Assembly: GCF_004010195.1 (NCBI RefSeq)
Contig: NC_057755.1
Location: 8,193,082-8,257,081 of the forward strand
Direction of reading: 5' to 3'
DNA length: 64,000 nt
Source: Chiloscyllium plagiosum
Lineage: Eukaryota
The stretch's first letter is position 1. Each line of letters begins with the position of its first letter. Positions 1 to 13,665 of the stretch are shown one piece after another. The notes under the pieces were generated by a model. That model did not search any database and was not told where the DNA came from. It saw only the letters and a list, made by a program, of their open reading frames with translations. The position numbers and the translations under genes are program-made.

Positions 1-1894
1 TAATAACGACCATGTATGCAATATTCATTGCGTTTTCCTCAAGAACCATTTTTGTCACTTCCTTTGTTTACCTTGTGCGAGAATCTGTAAGCAAAAGGCA
101 TAAAATCCAAATAAAGTCAGTACATTTCCAAGTCAGGGTGGTGAGTGGCTTGGAGGGGAACCTGCAGGTGGTTCTGTTTCCAAATACCTGCTGACCTTGC
201 CCTCCAGGATGGAATTGATCGTGAATTTGGAAGTTGCAGTCGAAGGTTCTTTGGTGAATTTCCGCAGTACGTCTTGTCGATAGCAAACTTTTTTGATTCT
301 GAGTGCCAGTGGAGGACGGATTGAATATTTTTAGATGTGGTGTCAATTAAGCGGATTGGTTTGTCTTGGTTGGTGTAAGCTTCTTCAGTGCTGTTGGAGC
401 TGCACCCATTCAGGCAAGTGGAGAGTATTCCATCACTTCACTTGAAGATGGTGGGCAGACTTTGGCGTGTCAGGAGGTGAGTTACTCTTAGCAGTATACC
501 GCAGTATCTGACCTGCTCTTGATTAGATTAGATTTCCTACAGAGCGGAAACAGGCTTTTCGTCCCAACAAGTCCACACCGATCCTCCAAAGAGTAACCCA
601 CACAGACCCATTCCCATACTCCCTCCTAATGCAACTATCACTATGGGCAATTTAGCATGGCCAATTCACCTGATCTTGCGCCCATTATGTTTATGTGCTG
701 AGTCCAGTTGAGTTACTGGTCAATGAGATCCCCAAGGATGTTAATAATGGGGGATTCAATGATGGTAATGCCATTGATTGTCGAGGGGCGGTGGTTAGAG
801 TTTCGCTTATTGGTGGTGGTCATTGTCTGGCATTTGTATAGCGCAAATGTTGCTTGCCACTTGACGGAGCAAGCCTGGATATTGTCCAGATCTTGTTGCA
901 TTTGAGCACGCACTGTTTCACCATCTAGAAGTCACAAAGGGTGCTGATCACTGTGCAATCATCTGCGAACATCCCCATTTCTGACATTATGACAGAGGAA
1001 AGATATTTGATGAAGCAGCTGAAGATGTTTGGACGTAGAGCAATACTCTGAGGTAGTTGTGGAGGAAATGCATCAGCATCATATTGCAAATACCCTCCAC
1101 TGTGCTGTTTGGCAGCTTTCCCGCGTTGCATTGGTTAGACTGCTAATAGATCTAGCAACTCAAGTCTGGGCACTGCAGGTCATCAGCAGTAGCAGAATTG
1201 TACTCCAGCACAATCTGTAACCTCATGGCCCGGTAATTTCCTACCATATCATTACCATCAAACCAGGACATAAACCCTCGTCCAATGGAGACTGCATGCC
1301 AGGAGCAGCACCAGGCACACCTGAAGATGGGGTGTCAGCCTGATGAAGCAACCAAACTGAATACCTCTGACTTGCATATCAAACACTTTTTATTTATAGA
1401 CAATGCCAAGCAATAGATCAGATCTCAGTTGTGCAGTATTGCCACCTCCAGTTGGACATGGTTATGAACAATTAAATCGATCACTGGGGAAGAAGGTTCC
1501 ACAAATATCCCCTTCCTCAATAACAGGAGAGTGCAGTGAATCTTCAGTCAGACATGGCAAGTGGATGATCGGTCTTGGCATTCTCCAAAGTCCCGAGCAA
1601 CACAGATATCATATTCAACCAATTTGACTCATTTGACCTGATAACAAGAAATGTTTGAAGAGACTGGCTACTGCAAACGATATGGGCACTGACCACATTC
1701 TGACAGTAGTACTGAAGACTTGTGCTCCTGAAATTCCCTCTCTCCGGCCAGACTGTTCCAGTAAAGTTACAACCCTGGCATTTACCCGACAAAATGCAAA
1801 ATGACACAGGAATGTCACGTACTCAAAAAAAACAGGACAAATTCAACTCAGTCAATTACTGTCCCATCAGTCTACTGTCAATGATTAGCAAAGT

Positions 1895-2173
1895 TGCTGT
1901 AGTTCTGTTCGCCGAGCTGGAAGTTTTTGTTGCAAACGTTTCGTCCCCTGTCTAGGAGACATCCTCAGTGCTTGGGAGCCTCCTGTGAAGCGCTTCTGTG
2001 GTGTTTCCCCCGGCATTTATAGTGGCCTGTCCCTGCCGCTTCCGTTTGTCCGTTTCAGCTGTCCGCTGTAGTGGCCGGTATATTGGGGACGAAACGTTTG
2101 CAAGAAAAACTTCCAGCTCGGCGAACAGAACTACAGCAACGAGCATCCGAGCTACAAATCTTCTCACAAACTT
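1895..2173. mobile_element. Penelope-like element fragment with inverted termini, inserted in the LINE
   Basis: 1893-1948 is the reverse complement of 2085-2140. Flanked by the 13-bp direct repeat TGATTAGCAAAGT (1882-1894, 2174-2186). Carries a hammerhead core. Confidence 0.7.
1932..1971 (-). ncRNA. Minimal hammerhead ribozyme motif (Penelope-associated)
   Basis: Minus strand reads GCA-CUGAGGA-U-GUCUCCU-agac-AGGGGAC-GAAA-CGUU-UGC: intact core, 7-bp stem II, palindromic ACGU in place of stem III. Confidence 0.65.
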
Positions 2174-2555
2174 TGATTAGCAAAGTGATGAAGAATGCCA
2201 GCAACAATGTTATCAAGCAACACATCCCCTGCAATGACCGTCTCAGTGATCCCTAGTTAGGATGCGGCCTGGGCCACTGAAGTCCTAACCTCATTTTAGG
2301 CTTGGTTCTAACACGGACAAAAAGAGCTGAAAATCAGAAGTGAGGTGAGAGTGATATCCAAGTAGCCGTTAAGCGAGCTTGGAATTAAGGACTGCTGCAA
2401 AGCAGGATTCATAGGTTAATGGGGGAAAATTCTCCATAATTGACGCAAAAGGAGATGGTCATGGTTTTTGGCAATCAGTCATCTCAGTTCCCAGTCACAG
2501 CAGAAAATCATGATATCATGAACCTCACAGACAGATAAGGTGCATAATGACTTAC

Positions 2556-2622
2556 CGGGAACACCAATGACAGCAAGAATCACGTAATATATTTTCAACC
2601 CGTATTGCATTGGGTAATGCAT
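2556..2622 (-). CDS. Exon 1 of a GPR139-like class A GPCR paralogue (exon 2 not found; presumably left of the window)
   Basis: ATG to G|GTAAGT encodes MHYPMQYGLKIYYVILAVIGVP(G). It is 67 nt and phase 1, the same length, phase and AxIGVP ending as exon 1 at 17561-17627. Confidence 0.8.
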
Positions 2623-3264
2623 TTATAATCCAAAGTGATCGATCCCTTATAACTGGAGGCAAGTGATATTGTCTGAACTGATATTTTCCTGAACTTTACA
2701 TTTATTACATTTCAAAGACTCCCAGAGGTCACTGTTTCAACACAGTTTTAAATTTAGCTTTCTTTCCATAAACAATATGGAGGAAACTATTACGACACTC
2801 TGTTAATTCCCTGCTGCAATTGAGTATATTTTGAAGCGAAAAAAATTTTAATCATCTACTATTGTGAAAATAGCACCAATTGCAACCAATATTAAATCAG
2901 AAATTGTGTTATCCATTCATTACCCTATCTCTTTACCCAAACTAGATTTCACACTGTCTCATCATTGCCTTGTATTGATTTGTGACCACTCAATAAATTA
3001 GATTTAAAATGTTACACTGTCTCTCAGAAATGTTCTCCTGCAGTCTAAGGTTTAACAATCCTCTTTAACTCTGAATATGCTGCTATTAAATAATTTTACT
3101 TACGTCTTTGCTTTGCAGAATGTTGCTAGTATACAAATCTAAAGCATTTGAACATCGCTAAAAGCACCTCAGCCTAGTGGAATGCTTTCAGTGAAGCATC
3201 AACACAAACAAAGATGTGATGCTGAAATTTACTTCGTTTGACTTGCATGCCAGATGTTGGGAGT

Positions 3265-3590
3265 AGCATGCAGTCAAAGAATCTCTACTGTGTGAAAGCA
3301 GGCCACTTGGCTAAAAGAGCCTACGTTGATCCTCTGAAGATCATCCCATACAGTCCATTCCTTCAATTTCCTATGACCAACCCAACTAGCTTACATGTCC
3401 CTGGACAGGGTGGATGATGTATCATGGCCAATCTACCTAACCTGCACATCTTGAAATGGAGGAGGAAATCCTTGTGGCCACGGGGTGTAATTGCAAACTC
3501 CATATAGAGAGTTGCCCACGTCTGGAATCGAACCCGGGGCTCCAGCGCTGTGAGGCAGCAATGAAGACCAAATAACCACTCTGCTACCCA
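3265..3590 (-). mobile_element. tRNA-derived SINE (HE1/V-SINE type), decayed
   Basis: The reverse complement contains a GGTTCGATTCC B-box and a GGAGTTTGCA..GATGTGCAGGTTAGG core like the copy at 31190. Confidence 0.7.
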
Positions 3591-4204
3591 TGCATTACAC
3601 GAGTTAACATTCTATGCCCATTGAAAAACAAGCAAAAATCGACAATTCGACCCCATGAGCCTGCTCCTTCATTCAATTGGTAATGGCTGATCTGACGTTC
3701 CACTTCATCACCCTTGCTCTGTAAATGGTCTAAGTGGTGCTGCAAACAAAAGGTCAGATATCAGCTCTGTAGCCCGTCTGGCACACTTTACTTCCCTCTG
3801 TCTTACTCTCATACACACAGTAAATCTCCCTCACAGCTTCTGTCAGACTTCGTTCCAAAACATGAAACCCCGTCTCCCACATGCTGCAGTCACACATTCT
3901 TTCCATCCTTCTTCCAAAAACTTTGTGTTTCCCTTTTCCACATATTGGAGAATCGTTTGATTCCATCGTCAAACATTGAGCATTTACGTGCTGACTTTAT
4001 GCTTTTTCTTGTAGGTTTATTCCGAAATCTGTACAGAATATGAGTCGAATCTGTCAAATCCATCTGCAAAGGAAATTTCTTCCATCTCAGAAGCTACTTT
4101 TTTCTTATCATTCAGTGCAATCCCTCCACTGAAAGTATACATATCCTTAGTGAAGGAGACAAATCTATATTTGAGAATCTAAGTGAACTCTCTCTGAGGC
4201 TTCA

Positions 4205-4378
4205 TATAAATGAAGGGAACACTGCACAGTCGATGATCAGTACTGATGAAGTGCTACACTGTCGGAGGATGAGCACTGATGGAGTGCTACACTGTCACAG
4301 GGTCAGAATTGAGGGAGCACTGCACTATTTTGAGTCCATATTGAGGGAACGCTACACTGTCAGAGTGTAAATACTGAG
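4205..4378 (+). repeat. Degenerate ~33-bp tandem repeat (TACTGAGGGAGTGCTACACTGTCAGAGGGTCAG-like)
   Basis: About five visible imperfect units. The same repeat occurs in reverse orientation at ~12470-12600. Confidence 0.7.
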
Positions 4379-5559
4379 TTTTCTTTTATTCAGAGCATTT
4401 TAATTTATTTTGATTTTTCATTCTCTGTTGAAGCACTGGCGAAACCAATTTCATCTGCCACTAAGTGCCCTCCCAGGGATTGGCTTCAGAATTGAACCAC
4501 ACAGTGATGAGTCTGCAGCCTTATGTCGTCCAGTCTTCATTTTGACATTGCTGAACCAGGAAGGGATGACACGTCGATCAACGCCAGTTTCGTGGTCGCC
4601 AGTATTACATCTCCATCCTTTCGTCTGTGAGTGACTTTCACATATTGATATGTATCTGTGTTTAGAAGATTGTGCTACATTCTGATTGAAATGTCACCAT
4701 GTGGAAACTACATTAGAAGTTACATAGAGTTGTTTCCAAGCCAAAGGAAAAGTCCAAGTTCAGATTCCTTTAATGAGAGAGTTATTTCATGTGTTTGAAT
4801 TTATGCATGCATTCTGCACTTTCATTCTCTGCTGTTCAATAATTAATCAGTAAAAGTGCTTATTTTATTGTCTGCAATTAAGTTTGATAATAATGTCATC
4901 AGATAACAGCAGATGGATTGAGCTAGATAACAATGTAGACGTGTTGAAGGTGATTTGACTCAGCAGTGACTTGTTCAAATCCACATTATAATCTACAGAC
5001 TCAAACGCCAATATGCAAAATAATGAATTCATATCAATCATTAGAAATCAACGGGTTCTACATTCCAGATTGCAATTTATTCTCCTTGACCTCAAATTTA
5101 CGAAGCAGACTGAGAGAGATCTGATAAAATATGCCTTTAAGACACATATTGGTTCACGAGAAGAGAAGAGTTGAAAATCTGGCGGGAAGCTATTGGCTAC
5201 ATGGAAAGCTGAAAAACTAGCTTTATTTTATTTTTAATTTTAGGGAATCTCATGTGTGTGTCGAGTCAGGCTCACACAGACCCAAGGTTTTAGTTTTGCT
5301 TTCAGGTGTTGAAGTTATGTTTTGTTTTGGAATTCAGAGCTGAATGATACAGATCTCTCTCGAATGATACAACAAAGCTTGAGTTCTCTCTCTCCCTGCT
5401 GCTGGACTATATCTTTCAGTATTACGTTTTCACAGAGTAGAGTGAGAAGAACGCATGTGAGAACAACAATGCGTGGCTGAGTTTGCCTTTTCCAAGTGTG
5501 TGTTTATTGGATACTACGATATTAGAACAGTTGACTTGATTTGATTGAATGTTTTCACA

Positions 5560-7650
5560 TGTACTGAGATTCAGTGAGAGTATTGTTTTACATGCTACAC
5601 AAGCATATTTTGCATAAAAATGCATCAGACTAAAACAATGCAACAGAGCACAGAACACAACATTACAACCGTGAAGAATGTGCGGAGAGAGGAATCATCA
5701 TTAAGACTGGCAACGGGCTGAGTCAGAGTCGGCGAAGAATGCATATGTGAACACGTATTTAAACCTTTATACCTCTGACAGATGAACGCGGGTGGGAGAC
5801 ATTATAACCAGGGTGGAAGGTCTTTAGATGATGTTGGGTGGCTTCCCGAGGCTGTTGAAATTGGAGACAGAGTCAGTTGAAAAGAAGGTTCCTTTGAGTG
5901 ATGGACTGGGCTGTGTTTATAACTGTCTGTACTTTCTTGCAGTCTTGGAAACAGCATTTGCCATACCATACTGTGATGAATTCAATTAAGATTCTTTCTG
6001 GTTTGCATCTATAAAAAATTAGTCAGACACTTTGTGAACATGCAGAATTTCTTTAGCCTCCTGAGGAACTGGTGGAGTTGTTGAGCTTTCTTGAACTTTG
6101 TGTCGACATGGAAAAACCAGGACAGAGAGCTGGTGACCATTATTTCTCGGAGCTTCATGCTCTCGACCATCCTCACCTCAGTATGATTGATGCAGACAGA
6201 GAAGTGCCCTCCGTTTCATAAAGTCAATAACCAGTTTTTTTTTTCATTTTACTGACATTGATGGAGAGAATATTGTCATTAGACCCTACCCCTAAACACT
6301 CAGTCTCTTTTCTGCACTCTATCTTATCGTCGTGTGGCATTCAAAAGTACAACGGTGGTGTCTTCAGAAAGCTTGTAAATGGAGTAGCAGTGTGATTTGG
6401 CCACACAGTCGTCAGTGTATCACACGTGTATTAGGGGAATTGAAGTTGCAATGTTTCGGGCACCTGTATTTAGGATGATTTTGGAAGAGAGGTTGTCGCC
6501 TATGCATAATGATTTCGGTCAAATGGTCTATAAGTCGAGAAGCCAGTTACAGTTGGGGCAGCTGCGCCAAAGGCCTCAATGTTTGGAGTAACATTTGCTT
6601 GGAAATATGGCGTTGAAGGTGGAGATTCAATCAATATATAATAGTGAAACATCGGTTTTGTTTTTATCCAAAAGTTCCATCTGTAACTATAGCACCAAAG
6701 TGATGTTATCTGACTGTCGCGGTAGTACAAAGAATACAGGCAATCATGGATGAAGGAGACAATGTGAGTCATGACTATCCCGTGGTAAAGCCACCAGGTG
6801 GTCGTCATTGAGGCTGAATGATTGGTCATTGGCACCAGGATTGATAATGGTTATCTTGTAGCAGGTGGGAACTTCAGTTCGAGGTTAGGAGAAGGTAAAA
6901 CTGTCAGTAAATACTCCTTCCGACTGGTCAGTATATGATCTGAGTACAGGCCGGGGATTCCATCCAAACCAATCACTTTATGCAAATTGACTCACAATAA
7001 GACCAATTTGACGTCTTGTGGCAGTGAGACTGGGACAGTTAGTTTCGAGGCGGTTGCAACAGATGTCATTATTTCAATGCCGTTTCTACAAAGTCAGTGT
7101 AACTTGCATTGAGATCATTGAGAAGGAATGCAGTTTTGTTCGTGATTGTGTTTGACTTCACTTTGTTGTCATTATGTCGTGCAAAACTGGCCACAAGCGA
7201 CAGATTCTTTTTACGTAGTTAGTCTGCATCTGAAGTATTATCTCATGGCGTCTCTGATAGCCTTGTGAACGTTGTATCTGTATTTCCTCCATAGGTTAGA
7301 GTTGCTCGAACTGACCACCTCAGACATGAAATTTCGTTAGAGAGTGAATTTTAAAGCTCGTACATTTTTTTCAGTTGGGAAACATTCAGATCAACCGTTT
7401 CAGCAGGCCATTTTTGGCCTATCTAGTATTGAAATCTGTGAAAATCGTGGCATACTAGGGTTATTAGCCCCTGCATTCTTGATTATGTATCAGTCCACCG
7501 AATCAAAGCAGTCCTGTAAAAGCTGTTTTGTTTTATCAGAGCAAGACTGTATTACTTTCTATAATGTGTTCTCCCGCTTCAATGTCTGCTTGCAAGCTTA
7601 AAGGAGAAGCACAAAACTGTGATCTGATTTTCCAAAATACCGACGGGCAA
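5560..7650 (-). mobile_element. Decayed Rex1/Babar-like LINE, apparently splitting an LTR (~5150-5560 and ~7660-7940)
   Basis: The reverse complement near 6220-6280 encodes DNILSINVSKMKK.LVIDF (RT thumb region). The flank at 5475-5535 resembles the LTR at 33.4 kb read on minus. Confidence 0.5.
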
Positions 7651-7974
7651 TAGAGCAGTAGACAATTTGATAGTAGTATTGTAATATTCAAGGATGTTCG
7701 ATATCCGTTAGGACAGGAGAAGTGTTGATGGCCTTTTGGTTGTTATAAATAGTATTTAGATAATGTATTATTTAATTAAGTGTTTCGATCACTTTAAATT
7801 TATAACTTTTTTTTTTCATTTTTACTGCAATGTCAGAATAAAGTGTGTTTTGCTGAAAGGCTCGTTGTCTCGAATCGCACCTGGAATGCAGCCTTTGTTG
7901 CATTACTTGTCTGTAACAAATTATTAACGTCTAGGCTACTCTATTGAAATAGTCTCATGGACTTTGGTCGGCTC

Positions 7975-8910
7975 AATAAGAGAGATAGCGGACAGATGGT
8001 GAAAGAGATAGTCTGAAAAAAGAGCGAATAAGGACTGGGAAATAAATAGAGATGGAGGGTAACGATATAGTGATCTATGAAATGCGTGGCAGATTCCAGT
8101 TCGTAAATATTGGAAGACACTAGACAAATAAAAACACTGAAGACAGTCACAAACGTTAACCGAGGCAGAGGCAGAAACGAGATCATATGGAGGGAGGAAC
8201 GCAACTCTTAACAAAGAGTGCACAAAAATGAAATGGTGAGAAAAAGAGAGAAATAGACAGAGATGAAAGGAACCAAGAGGCAGAGACAGAGGGAAAATGG
8301 AAGTAGACAGCTTCAGAAAAAACAAGTGGTTTGATTAATCATTGCAAAATGACAGACGAAGTTAAGGAAATGACAGAAACATGCAGATAAAGAGAGACTG
8401 TGAGAGTGTATGGTGCAGAGACTGAGACACAGTGAGTCAGATAGGCAAAACTACAAAATGTCAATTCTCGGAGTTGAGGATGATTGTAACACACCCTGCT
8501 AGAAAAGTACATAGCTACGAAGTTGCAGAAAATCAGAGATCAAAATGCAGCAGACAAATAGACGAAAGAGATGGACAGAGATTGAGAGAAAACGAAGGCA
8601 AACGGGAAAGTGAGAGATAACCAGGGTAAACACATTTGAAAAGTGTCAAAATCCTAAAGATACAAGATCAGAAAGAGGCAGATCAAAACTAAGAGTAGAA
8701 CAGTCTTTCCGGATAAAAGGCACAGATTGAGGAACTGGGATAGGAAACAATTAGTCGGCATCAGAGAGATTCATTCAGAAAGAATCAAGACAGAAAGTGG
8801 TAAGGTAAGTGGAAGAAAGACTGAGAGGGAGCAAGACTCAGGAACACTGAGACAGATTAGCATAGAAAAAGGAAAAGAGAGACTGAGACAGAGTAAAAGA
8901 AATAGAAATT
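7975..8910 (+). repeat. Purine (GA)-rich low-complexity tract
   Basis: Strong AG bias with GAGA/GACA motifs. The ORFs here are compositional artefacts. Confidence 0.7.
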
Positions 8911-9220
8911 CATCATTGTAAAAGGGGACATCAGCAACAATATAAACTGCGGTATGATATTCAGACACCCCCACATTTCTCACTCACCATTTCAGAAACG
9001 CTGAAGTAGTTCCTGGATTTTCGACAAAAATTAACATCTTCGCTGCATTCCACCTGTTATGATGTATCACATTCTGTTAATCTAATCTGAAGACAGTCCT
9101 AATTTCACCAAACTCGTCACATAAACAGAACTCAGACATTCCTGTGGTATACTTTTCCATGACCTGGTCAATGCGAAAAATACAAAGATTTATCATGGGC
9201 TATAAAGCAACTTATAAGAG

Positions 9221-9934
9221 TGTTTGAAGATGTGGGTGTACTGTACATTTAGAGAGTTTAAGGCGAGCAGAATTGCCTGACACACCACCAAGTGTTCTGA
9301 ACAAGATACAATGCAACATTTGGTCGAACTACTCGATTAGCTGGTTGCCTGGAGGTGACAAAACAAATTCGAATTAGGCCATCAATTTAAGTTGTACCCC
9401 GAAAAAATACTAAACTTCAATCAAGTTTGAATTTAGTACATTGACAATCTTAAAAGTTAATGACACAATCCGATGCCGGTGTAAAAGACAGGAAAATTGA
9501 ACAGGTGGAAAGTGAACTGCCAAAACACTAACATCTGTAGACTGCCCAGAGAATACCTCTCTTAAAAGTAGCTTTATCGATCAGTAATCTTTGAGGCAGA
9601 AATCCTCAAAAGGAAGAAAAGAAGGCAGAGGAAGACATAACAAGAAGATTCGACATCTGGCTAGTTTTGAAATGTTGAATTTTGGGAAACCTTAATCGGG
9701 GTTTTTATTGGACTAGTACGATAGAAGGGCAAATTAAACTTATCTTTAAGGAAGGAGTTGTAAATAGTTGTTAGTTAATGTTAGTTGATTATTCTCTGTT
9801 ATACGTTAAGAAATAAAATTGCTAATTTTTACTTTAAAATAGTTCTTGTCCTGTTGAGTTTTCACAGATTACTGCACGGGACTTTTGTGTTGCTGCTTTA
9901 AATTAAGCATGAGAGTTTGGTGTGTGTTGCAACA
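9221..9934 (+). mobile_element. Solo LTR of the Gmr1-like family seen at 46735-47450
   Basis: TG...AACA termini. Colinear similarity with 46735-47450 (CAATCAAGTTTGAATTT, TATTCTCTGTTA, TTTCACAGATTAC). Confidence 0.75.
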
Positions 9935-9999
9935 ATGGATTATGAAAGGAAGCTTATCAGGGACAACCTAAGCAACAAGAAGAAATTATATAGTCATAT

Positions 10000-10545
10000 T
10001 CAAAGAGATGCACACACAGGAAAAGACCCTTGGGTTAATTTCGTTCATGCTGACCAGCTATCCTAAATAAATCTAGTCCAATATACCAGAATTTGACCGA
10101 GATCCCACTAAATACTTCCTATCATGTACCCGTCCAAATGATATTTACATATTGCAATTTTGCCAGACTCCTAATTCCATGCACGCACAACCCTCTGTGC
10201 ATAAACGCTACCCCTTGGGTCCCATTACATCTTTCTCTTCTTACCTAAACCTATGCCCACTAGCTTTGGACTCCCCTACACTGAGGAAAAGATCCGTCAG
10301 AATTGTGTAAACCTCTATAACGTTACCCCTTAGCATCTGATTAGCTGAGGAAAATCGCCTCAGACGATTCAGCGTCTCCTATAGCTCAAATGCATCAACA
10401 CCGGAAACATATTTGTGTATTTTCTGAACCGTTTCAAGTTACCCAACATCATTCCCACAGCAGGAAGCTCAGGAAGTTCCAAAAGCCGGCTTAATAATGG
10501 CCTGTACATCCGCAACATGACCTCCCAATACCCATACTCAGTGCC
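10000..10545 (-). mobile_element. CR1 LINE 3' fragment, decayed
   Basis: Similar to the younger CR1 3' end at 19385-20030. Confidence 0.7.
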
Positions 10546-12929
10546 TCATAAAAGAAAAATAGACAGTCAGAAGCAATGTCGCACCACTAGATTCTGAAAG
10601 TGAGACATTGCCAACGTGGAAATGGCAGATGTGTTTAATAATTATTTTAGCTCTGTATTTACAGGAGAGAAAAATAAAAACAAATATGACTTTTTTCTCA
10701 CTGATGTCCTTTTGGCGAAGACATGGGCATCCTCATCTGCTCTCTCCGGCATGTGGCTACAGACACACAGCAATGTGATTGAATCTTAACTGCCTTCTGA
10801 AGCAATAAATGATGATCCAACCAGTGACGCCCCCCTCCCACATAAGAATGCAAATGTTATGCTGCAGCCATACAAACCTCTCATTCGACCCGACTTGGTG
10901 GTATGTAAGATAATCCGAACACTGAATGACAGAAGTGTAGATTTACAAGAATGATACCTGGAATTCATGGGTTACATTATGTGGAGATTTTGGAAGTTGG
11001 AGTAGCGAAAGTTAAACTATTCCCATTGTTCAGGGATTTTTGAAGAAGGGCACATAGTTTGAGAATTAGGACCATGCCGTTCAGGAGAGATGTTAGGAAG
11101 CACTTCCACAGTCAACATTTGTTAGATGTTTGGAAATCTCTTACACAAGTGGCACTAGATGCTGAACCAGTAGTAGATTTCTGAACAAATATTAATCAAT
11201 CTCCGATTCAAAAAGTTAATCAGAGGTAACGCATAAAGTTAGGTATATAGATTAAGACCACAGATCAGCCATTGAATGCCAAAATATACTCAAAGGTCCA
11301 AACTCCATATTGCTATGTTCCATTGACTCATCACATCATCCCAGCCCTTTCAAAAGCATTTACATCCGCCTTCAAGTGAGATTCTCAAAATGAGGCTACA
11401 GCCTAATTTTAGAACTTTCGAATCCTTTCAATATTCGAAAATTCAAATCAGGCCTGATGATCCAACTGTGGTTGAAATCGTCAATTACAAAGGTGCACAG
11501 ATATAGCCCAGTAAGTAAACTGTTTAAATATTTGGAATATATGGAATGCTGTAAGCAATCTTTACTTAAAATATTTCTCAAATGTGAGTTTGAAACTTTC
11601 ATTGACAAATTTTATGTGAACATATTTAATTGAACAGACTAAACGTTGTTTAGTTTGAATTACTGAACGAGTATTTTGTTGAGAAAGGCATACGTGACAA
11701 GGTTGCAACAGGAGGAGGTCAGTTAGTCTCTTTTCCAACCTGTCTCCCAGGAATATGTGGAGGTCCACTCAGCCTTTTCTCCAGCATGTTACACAGGAAG
11801 TGGAGGAGAGCGTTAACCACTTCTTGAGACTGTAACCTAGGATCAGGAGGAGACCATTCATTTTGAGATGTGAAAGAGGAATAAGTGGAGGCCATTCATC
11901 CCCTCACATGTGCTGCACAAGAAGAGCAACAGGTCCATACGTCAGTCCACACTTTTCCACACGAAAAGCCATAGGCAAGAAGTAACGGAAAGTTGTCAGA
12001 TGTGGGGGAGTGTGTGAGGGGCAATGGCAACTGCATTAGGAATGGGGGATTTGGGTAAGGTGAGGAGAGACAATTTCACGAATAAATTTAAAGTGAAGCC
12101 AAATAATGTGGCATCATTCCAGAACTTTCGGAACTTTTAATTCCTATGGCGGTTCCACCCACAGAGACTCATTCGTCAGACAATCTTTTTCCTTATTCTG
12201 GGAGAAATTGTGAGCAAATAAATTCCCTTCGCTGTGCAACTCACTGTCTGCATTTTCATTGCAACAGAATTGTTTCCTCTTGTCAGACAGTGGTAGTGTC
12301 CAGATTCAGGTTGGACAAGCACAAAAGCTGAACTGTACAAACATATTCATGAAAACCATGTCAGAACATCGAAACCCACTGGAGGTAGAAGGCAATAGGA
12401 ATTAATGATTCATGCCAAAGACACCCTCAACTAGCAATTCCACACTATAATTTAACAATCCGACAGTCATTTCCCTCAGCACTGCTTCAGTACTAACCCT
12501 TTGATATTGCAGTACTCCCTCAGAATTGACTCTCTCACAGTTCAGCACTCCCTCAGTGCTGATTCTGTAACATGCAGTATGCCCTTAGTACTGACCACAA
12601 ACATTACAGATCTTCCACAGCCCTCAACCTGTGTGCGTATGTGAATGCGTGTGCGTTTGTCAGAGTGTCTGAGAGAGAGGGAGAGAAGGAGAGAGAGCCT
12701 TTATGTATTTCCTTTTGCCTGTGAGAAAGGCTGTGTGTGTTCGCGAATAAGAAAGAAATCCTGCATGTGTTTCTTTCAGTGAGAAAATGTGTGTGTGTGT
12801 GACTGTGTCTTGGTGTAAGTGTGTGCTTACATGTGTCTATGTGTGTGTGTATCTGTATGTGTAATCCTGCATGAGTTCTTTAGAGCGTGAAAGACATAGG
12901 TCATCATAAATGTGTATGTGAGAGAGAGA

Positions 12930-13160
12930 CTTTGTCGAGAGTACAGTGCTGGAAAAGCCCAGCAAGCCAGGCAGCATCAGAGGAGCAGGAGAATGGACGT
13001 TATGGGCATCAGACCTTCATCAGAAATGACGGGTCATTTGATGAAGGGCTTATGCCCGAAACGTTGATTCTCCTGCTCCTCGGATGCTGCCTGACCTGCT
13101 ATGCTTATCCAGCACTACACTCTCGACTCTGATCTCCAGCATCTGAAGTCCTCACTTTCA
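12930..13160. mobile_element. Short fold-back (palindromic) Penelope-derived element with mutated hammerhead cores
   Basis: GCTGGAAAAGC..GGCAGCATC..GAGGAGCAGGAGAAT followed by its reverse complement. TTGATGAAGGGCTTATGCCCGAAAC at 13038. Same family at ~15525-15735, ~24975-25180, 45581-46167 and ~59545-59770. Confidence 0.75.
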
Positions 13161-13665
13161 CCAAGAGAGAAAATTTGTATGGTTTAATTTGTTGCTTGAG
13201 TGTGGTTTTTACAGTGCTTGAGAAAGAGTGTGTCTTTATGTGTGTGTGAGTGTGTGTGTGAGTGAGTCTGGTTGGGTTTTTATCAGAGTGGATTCTTCGG
13301 TGTACATGCATAAGGGAAAGCATGCTTTACTCTATGTGCATGCATCTAGTACTTTCTGTGTACTCACTCTCTAGGTGAGTTTCGAATATTTGGTAATGAG
13401 TGCCCTCTTTTTGCCTGTTTCTTGGGATGCATTGTGGACTAGATTCGTGTGGCCCAACTTCTGTTCATGTAGAAATAATTTTGTAATGGACCATCAGTGA
13501 ATCCAATTGGTCTGATTTACATTCAAACAGCTGTCTATTTTCTCTGCTCGTAGACATCCAGTTTGACAAGTTCACTGAGAGAGGCAAGTACGAGATGTCT
13601 GACAACATATAAACCAGTCAATAATTCTTTCTGATTAGAATGAGTAGTATCAGACTCAGGTGTTC

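Larger units (their letters stand above)
130..2490. mobile_element. Old CR1/L2-group LINE remnant with 5' inversion (3' part on minus ~130-1100, upstream RT part on plus ~1100-2490)
   Basis: Minus-strand ORFs give RT motifs FSCFIKYL..MFADDCTV and MQQDLDNIQA..KWQ. The plus strand gives LKTCAPE..QDKFNSVNYCPISLLSMISKVM..GNQSSQ. Confidence 0.7.

Noticed and set aside
66-100. Possible 13-nt micro-exon on minus (TTTTGCTTACAG|ATTCTCGCACAAG|GTAAAC) downstream of GPCR exon 1
   Set aside because: It would insert charged residues into TM1 and shift the phase relative to the paralogue's structure. There is no support without transcripts.
4205-4378. Regularly spaced ~33-bp repeats as a CRISPR-like array or RSS cluster (contains CACTGT)
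   Set aside because: Degenerate head-to-tail satellite with no unique spacers and no properly spaced nonamers, in a eukaryotic context.
7936-8983. Several 60-130 aa ORFs, hydrophobic on minus and charged on plus
   Set aside because: Artefacts of a GA-rich low-complexity tract.
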